In this document: positions 18,250 to 21,512 of the stretch, one piece after another
Numbering within the stretch: position 1 is the first letter of the stretch
Layout of the letters: the number at the start of each line of letters is the position of its first letter
DNA from: an uncultured bacterium
Lineage (GTDB): Bacteria > Hydrogenedentota > Hydrogenedentia > Hydrogenedentales > JAEUWI01
NCBI GenBank assembly: GCA_963977445.1
Contig: CAXBPH010000104.1
Coordinates: forward strand, 1 to 21,512
Direction of reading: 5' to 3'
Length of the DNA: 21,512 bases
The notes under the pieces: model-generated
Database searches by the model: none
The model's input: only the letters and a program-made list of their open reading frames with translations
What the model was told of the DNA's origin: nothing
Translations under genes and position numbers: made by a program

Positions 18250-18402
18250 TGGGGTATTCTCCGTAAAAATAGAAAGCTGCCCGGAAGGCCGAGCAGGAAA
18301 TTCTGAGAGGGCAGGGAAAAGGCATACTTTTGGCGGACCGAGGAAATACCAGACCTACATCGGCCCAGGATCTCTCCGCCCGCGACCGAGTCGCCGTCGG
18401 TA

Positions 18403-18432
18403 ATGCTAACAAAGCGTAGAATCAAGGCGCAA
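18403..18432 (-). promoter_or_regulatory. Candidate sigma70 promoter for tyrS
   Basis: Minus strand TTGCGC, 18 nt, TAGCAT with extended -10 TG. Confidence 0.45.
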
Positions 18433-18519
18433 GACTGACGAAAAATGGGCGGAAACTTGGCCTTTGTGGGACCAATCTTCGAAATTCCAGAAAAAAATTT
18501 CCCCGGTGTCGGTATTTAG

Positions 18520-18548
18520 TTGACTTTTAGCACAGTTTCCAGCAAACT
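18520..18548 (+). promoter_or_regulatory. Candidate sigma70 promoter for the PKD lipoprotein
   Basis: TTGACT, 17 nt, CAAACT (weak -10), with an A/T tract upstream. Confidence 0.35.
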
Positions 18549-18649
18549 TAAAGGCGATTTGGGGATATGTATGACCTCTACGTAGGGCGCCCGTCCCTGC
18601 TATTGATATTCAGTCGTAGAGGAACAAACTCAGGAGAGTCTAAATCGCC

Positions 18650-20869
18650 ATGCTTCGCTGGTCTTATGCCTATAGGTCTGCCCTAATTGTACTTACCGTC
18701 CTGTTGTTTGCGGGTTGCCCCCAAACTACACCGGACCCTCAGCCTGAAGCGAATTTCAGTGCGTCACCCCGTTCCGGAAATACGGGTGTGGTCGTATCGT
18801 TTTCGGATGCTTCTACAACCGTATCGGGTGAGCCGATACAATCACGACAGTGGAATTTCGGCGATGGTGGCCGGAGTGTGGAGCCCAATCCAACCCACAC
18901 GTATCTTATCCCGGGTGACTTTACCGTTTCTCTGACGGTAACCAGTAGTGGCGGTTCCCACACCCGCACGCGCACAGGATATATTCGTATCAATTCCCCT
19001 TCCGGTTCCGCCCAGCTCGATAGCGACGGTGGGACCGTTTCCGCAAATGGCACAACCATTACGGTGCCAGCCGGGGCGCTGACCGCGCGGGTAGACTTCG
19101 GTATTACACGGGTAACCCAGGAAATTCCACTGAATACGTCGGAAACGACATTTCGTGTGGGCGACACCTTCCGGATTACGCACAACAGCGCGAGCAGTCT
19201 GGGGTCATCGTCTGACAGTGAGCCCGTAGCACCCGCCGTGCTGTCAATCCCCTATAGAGAAGATGCGATCGCTACCGGCGACCGTGTGCCTGCCAAGGTA
19301 CACATTGTTGCCCAGCTGGCGTCTGGCGAAGTGATTCCGATACTAGGTAGTATCACTTCAGGAAACGTCCAGGCAGAAGTAACCGATTTGCCCGCAAGTG
19401 CCCTCTATACTGTCGTTTATCGTCCTGAGGCCTATCTCGCGTCCATTTCGGTAACGGCCAAGGCTCCGACCACAAGTACATGGAATGGCACCTGGCAGGT
19501 CGCCCTGAGTCCCTCCTTGTTGACCCAGCTGACGGCGCTCCGCCTTGGAACAGCACTGACGGCGAGCAGCTACTTCAAGACCGAATTTACGAGCGCGCAG
19601 TTGGAAGCGACGCAGGAGCAACTCCTCGATGGCTTGTTGGCCGTTCAGGATACCTTTGAGTCCGTCCGCTCCCGCAGTCCGCGCCTGGTCTCGCTAAACG
19701 GAACCTCGACGCTGCTCTGTTTCAACACCCTTTCCCTCTACACGACCGCCATTGGAAGCCTTGATAGTGTCTTCTATGCGGGAAGTCCCTTCGGAAGTAT
19801 CGTAATCGACCCCCAGCAGTTGCTGATGATATCGGCCTGGAATGCGGATCGGTTTCGCGCAAACCCCGACAATGTTGATATTGCCCAGAAGCTCGCAGCC
19901 AATCAGGCAGCGTCGGAAGTGCTGGCGCGTTCCGTTGTCGACGGATATGACATCACCGAATCAAATGCCACGAGTCCCGCCGACGGGGCGGTCGTGAGCT
20001 TTGAAGCGGGCATCAAAGAGGGCCTGGCCCTGTATGTCGGTCAGATGAGTGGTGGCCTGTCGGTCAACCGCTCACAGCTGGACGGTGACCGCGCCCTGCT
20101 CTCCACGCCGGTATTTGCACCTTTCGACGGGCAGGTGGCCGGGTATGCCGCTGCCAGTCAGGATTTCTACCGATACGTTGAAAACAGGCACAGTCCCGCG
20201 TCCCCCCTGGAATACATAGCCTCGGGTAGCGGTGTTGTGAAAGGCATGCTGGAAGGAACCCGGACCGCCCTTGCCAACAGCGTCAGCCCTTCTATCGCCG
20301 AAGCTACCGCACTGGCAGCCACCGCGATAGACCGGGCATTCGTAAGTTACCTCGGCGAGTCCATTGGGCAAACCTACTACAACTACGCTATCGATTTGGC
20401 CTTTGAGCATGGTCCGGAGGGGGTGTTGCGCACAAGCGACAGCAGCCTGCTGCCACTTACCTTTGATGCAACGCGGTTTTCCGAAACAGCGGTAATGACT
20501 GGCAGTATTGAAACGCCCAATGGGGGCCTCGATTTTCCGCGCATTGGTGATACGGGGTTAACCCTCGTTCCGCCGTTGACAAGCCGGGCAATCGTCATTG
20601 AAGCCGACCCAGCGGCAACATCGCTACACCTGACCTTCAACCGGAGTCAGTGGGCTGTTGATAGCCGGGACCAGACCATTGAGGCGGTGGTGTACCGTGA
20701 TGGCCTTCCAGGCGTGCGTCTGGGTGCCAATGCGAGCAGTTTGACCTTCAGTGGCTTTGAAGCCGATGCGGGCCAGACAAAGGCCATTTTCTACGTAATC
20801 CTTGTGAACACCAGTGTCTCGACCTCCAACAGCGTTACCGTGGTGGTGGAAAGTCTGGCAGCGAACTAA
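18650..20869 (+). CDS. PKD-domain lipoprotein with ZU5-like and degenerate zincin-like regions
   Basis: AGGAG RBS; lipobox LFAG-C; PKD motif ANFSASPRSG..VSFSDAS..WNFGDG..NPTHTY..PGDFTVSLTV; GGTV..ITVPAGAL. Confidence 0.85.
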   Translation: MLRWSYAYRSALIVLTVLLFAGCPQTTPDPQPEANFSASPRSGNTGVVVSFSDASTTVSGEPIQSRQWNFGDGGRSVEPNPTHTYLIPGDFTVSLTVTSSGGSHTRTRTGYIRINSPSGSAQLDSDGGTVSANGTTITVPAGALTARVDFGITRVTQEIPLNTSETTFRVGDTFRITHNSASSLGSSSDSEPVAPAVLSIPYREDAIATGDRVPAKVHIVAQLASGEVIPILGSITSGNVQAEVTDLPASALYTVVYRPEAYLASISVTAKAPTTSTWNGTWQVALSPSLLTQLTALRLGTALTASSYFKTEFTSAQLEATQEQLLDGLLAVQDTFESVRSRSPRLVSLNGTSTLLCFNTLSLYTTAIGSLDSVFYAGSPFGSIVIDPQQLLMISAWNADRFRANPDNVDIAQKLAANQAASEVLARSVVDGYDITESNATSPADGAVVSFEAGIKEGLALYVGQMSGGLSVNRSQLDGDRALLSTPVFAPFDGQVAGYAAASQDFYRYVENRHSPASPLEYIASGSGVVKGMLEGTRTALANSVSPSIAEATALAATAIDRAFVSYLGESIGQTYYNYAIDLAFEHGPEGVLRTSDSSLLPLTFDATRFSETAVMTGSIETPNGGLDFPRIGDTGLTLVPPLTSRAIVIEADPAATSLHLTFNRSQWAVDSRDQTIEAVVYRDGLPGVRLGANASSLTFSGFEADAGQTKAIFYVILVNTSVSTSNSVTVVVESLAAN

Positions 20870-20905
20870 TTTGTTGGTTTGCTTCGAAATATTTATGAAG
20901 GTAGG

Positions 20906-20935
20906 TTGACAATACGCTTTTCCATTTGATAACCT
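20906..20935 (+). promoter_or_regulatory. Sigma70 promoter of the tRNA-tuf operon
   Basis: TTGACA, 18 nt, TAACCT with extended -10 TG, followed by GC-rich discriminator ACGCGC. Confidence 0.7.
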
Positions 20936-20940
20936 ACGCG

Positions 20941-20972
20941 CAGCCGCCTCAGACGGGGCGGCTGTCTTTTTG
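20941..20972 (+). terminator. Terminator-like hairpin
   Basis: CAGCCGCCTC-AGAC-GGGGCGGCTG followed by TCTTTTTG. Confidence 0.65.
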
Positions 20973-20985
20973 TCTAAATCGTATT

Positions 20986-21061
20986 GCTGGCGTAGCTCAG
21001 TTGGTAGAGCAGCTGATTTGTAATCAGCCGGTCGGGGGTTCGAGTCCCTTCGCCAGCTCCA
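20986..21061 (+). tRNA. tRNA-Thr(TGT)
   Basis: Cloverleaf; anticodon arm CTGAT-TTGTAAT-CAG with TGT; GTTCGAGTCC T-loop; encoded CCA. Confidence 0.97.
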
Positions 21062-21089
21062 GTATAGTTGAATCTTGATGGTTTTCCGT

Positions 21090-21174
21090 GGTGGATTGCC
21101 CGAGTGGCTAAAGGGGGCGGGCTGTAAACCCGCTGGCTATGCCTACGTTGGTTCGAATCCAACATCCACCACCA
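21090..21174 (+). tRNA. tRNA-Tyr(GTA)
   Basis: GGTGGAT/ATCCACC acceptor stem; GCGGG-CTGTAAA-CCCGC; long variable arm; CCA. Confidence 0.97.
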
Positions 21175-21203
21175 TTTTTAACCATTCATCACATTTTTTG
21201 TGG

Positions 21204-21279
21204 GCGGGAATAGCTCAGTTGGTAGAGCATCAGCCTTCCAAGCTGAGGGTCGCGAGTTCGAACCTCGTTTCCCGCTCCA
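21204..21279 (+). tRNA. tRNA-Gly(TCC)
   Basis: GCGGGAA/TTCCCGC acceptor; TCAGC-CTTCCAA-GCTGA; CCA. Confidence 0.97.
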
Positions 21280-21301
21280 TTTTAAATACTATCGTTTTAA
21301 T

Positions 21302-21377
<76 letters not shown>

Positions 21378-21445
21378 TTCTCAAATCTTCATTCCAGCGG
21401 ACTGATGCGCGCCATACGTGGCTTGCGTAAGGAGAGTTCAGAATT

Positions 21446-21512
21446 ATGGCCAAGAAGAAGTTCGAACGTACAAAGCCACACGTAAACGTGGGTACGATCG
21501 GTCACGTTGACC
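21446..21512 (+). CDS. tuf: Elongation factor Tu (5' partial, runs off the window)
   Basis: AAGGAG RBS; MAKKKFERTKPHVNVGTIGHVD; follows the Thr-Tyr-Gly-Thr tRNA cluster as in the E. coli tufB operon. Confidence 0.97.
   Translation, partial: MAKKKFERTKPHVNVGTIGHVD

Noticed and set aside
18330..18382. tRNA fragment or SRP RNA ending in CCGCCA upstream of tyrS
   Set aside because: No T-loop (GTTCRA) or SRP consensus motif
18420..21061. Genomic island integrated at a tRNA
   Set aside because: No integrase or duplicated tRNA 3' end seen, and the lipoprotein lies 5' of the tRNAs

Overview
Core-genome window from a moderately GC-rich bacterium. A PKD lipoprotein with a 'GCP' lipobox and several large secreted glycan-type proteins suggest Ca. 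Hydrogenedentes or a similar lineage (inference only). Order: YtrA-like GntR regulator; glpK-glpD; an AT-richer tandem array of ~246-bp units with four 75-76-nt hairpins; three secreted putative carbohydrate-active proteins (propeller plus helical-barrel protein, SASA acetylesterase, DUF4838); a metallophosphoesterase with degenerate metal motifs; a small two-CxxC protein; a serine hydrolase-NamZ fusion; a small Cse60-like protein; AraC regulator; tyrS with a structured leader; a PKD lipoprotein with an apparently dead zincin domain; and the tRNA Thr-Tyr-Gly-Thr cluster followed by the start of tuf. No integrase, transposase or cas gene is visible. The most unusual element is the 246-bp array. 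It appears to be an amplification of the whole intergenic segment (glpD 3' tail, hairpin, and the next gene's promoter/RBS region), and its hairpin substitutions mostly preserve pairing in plus-strand RNA.
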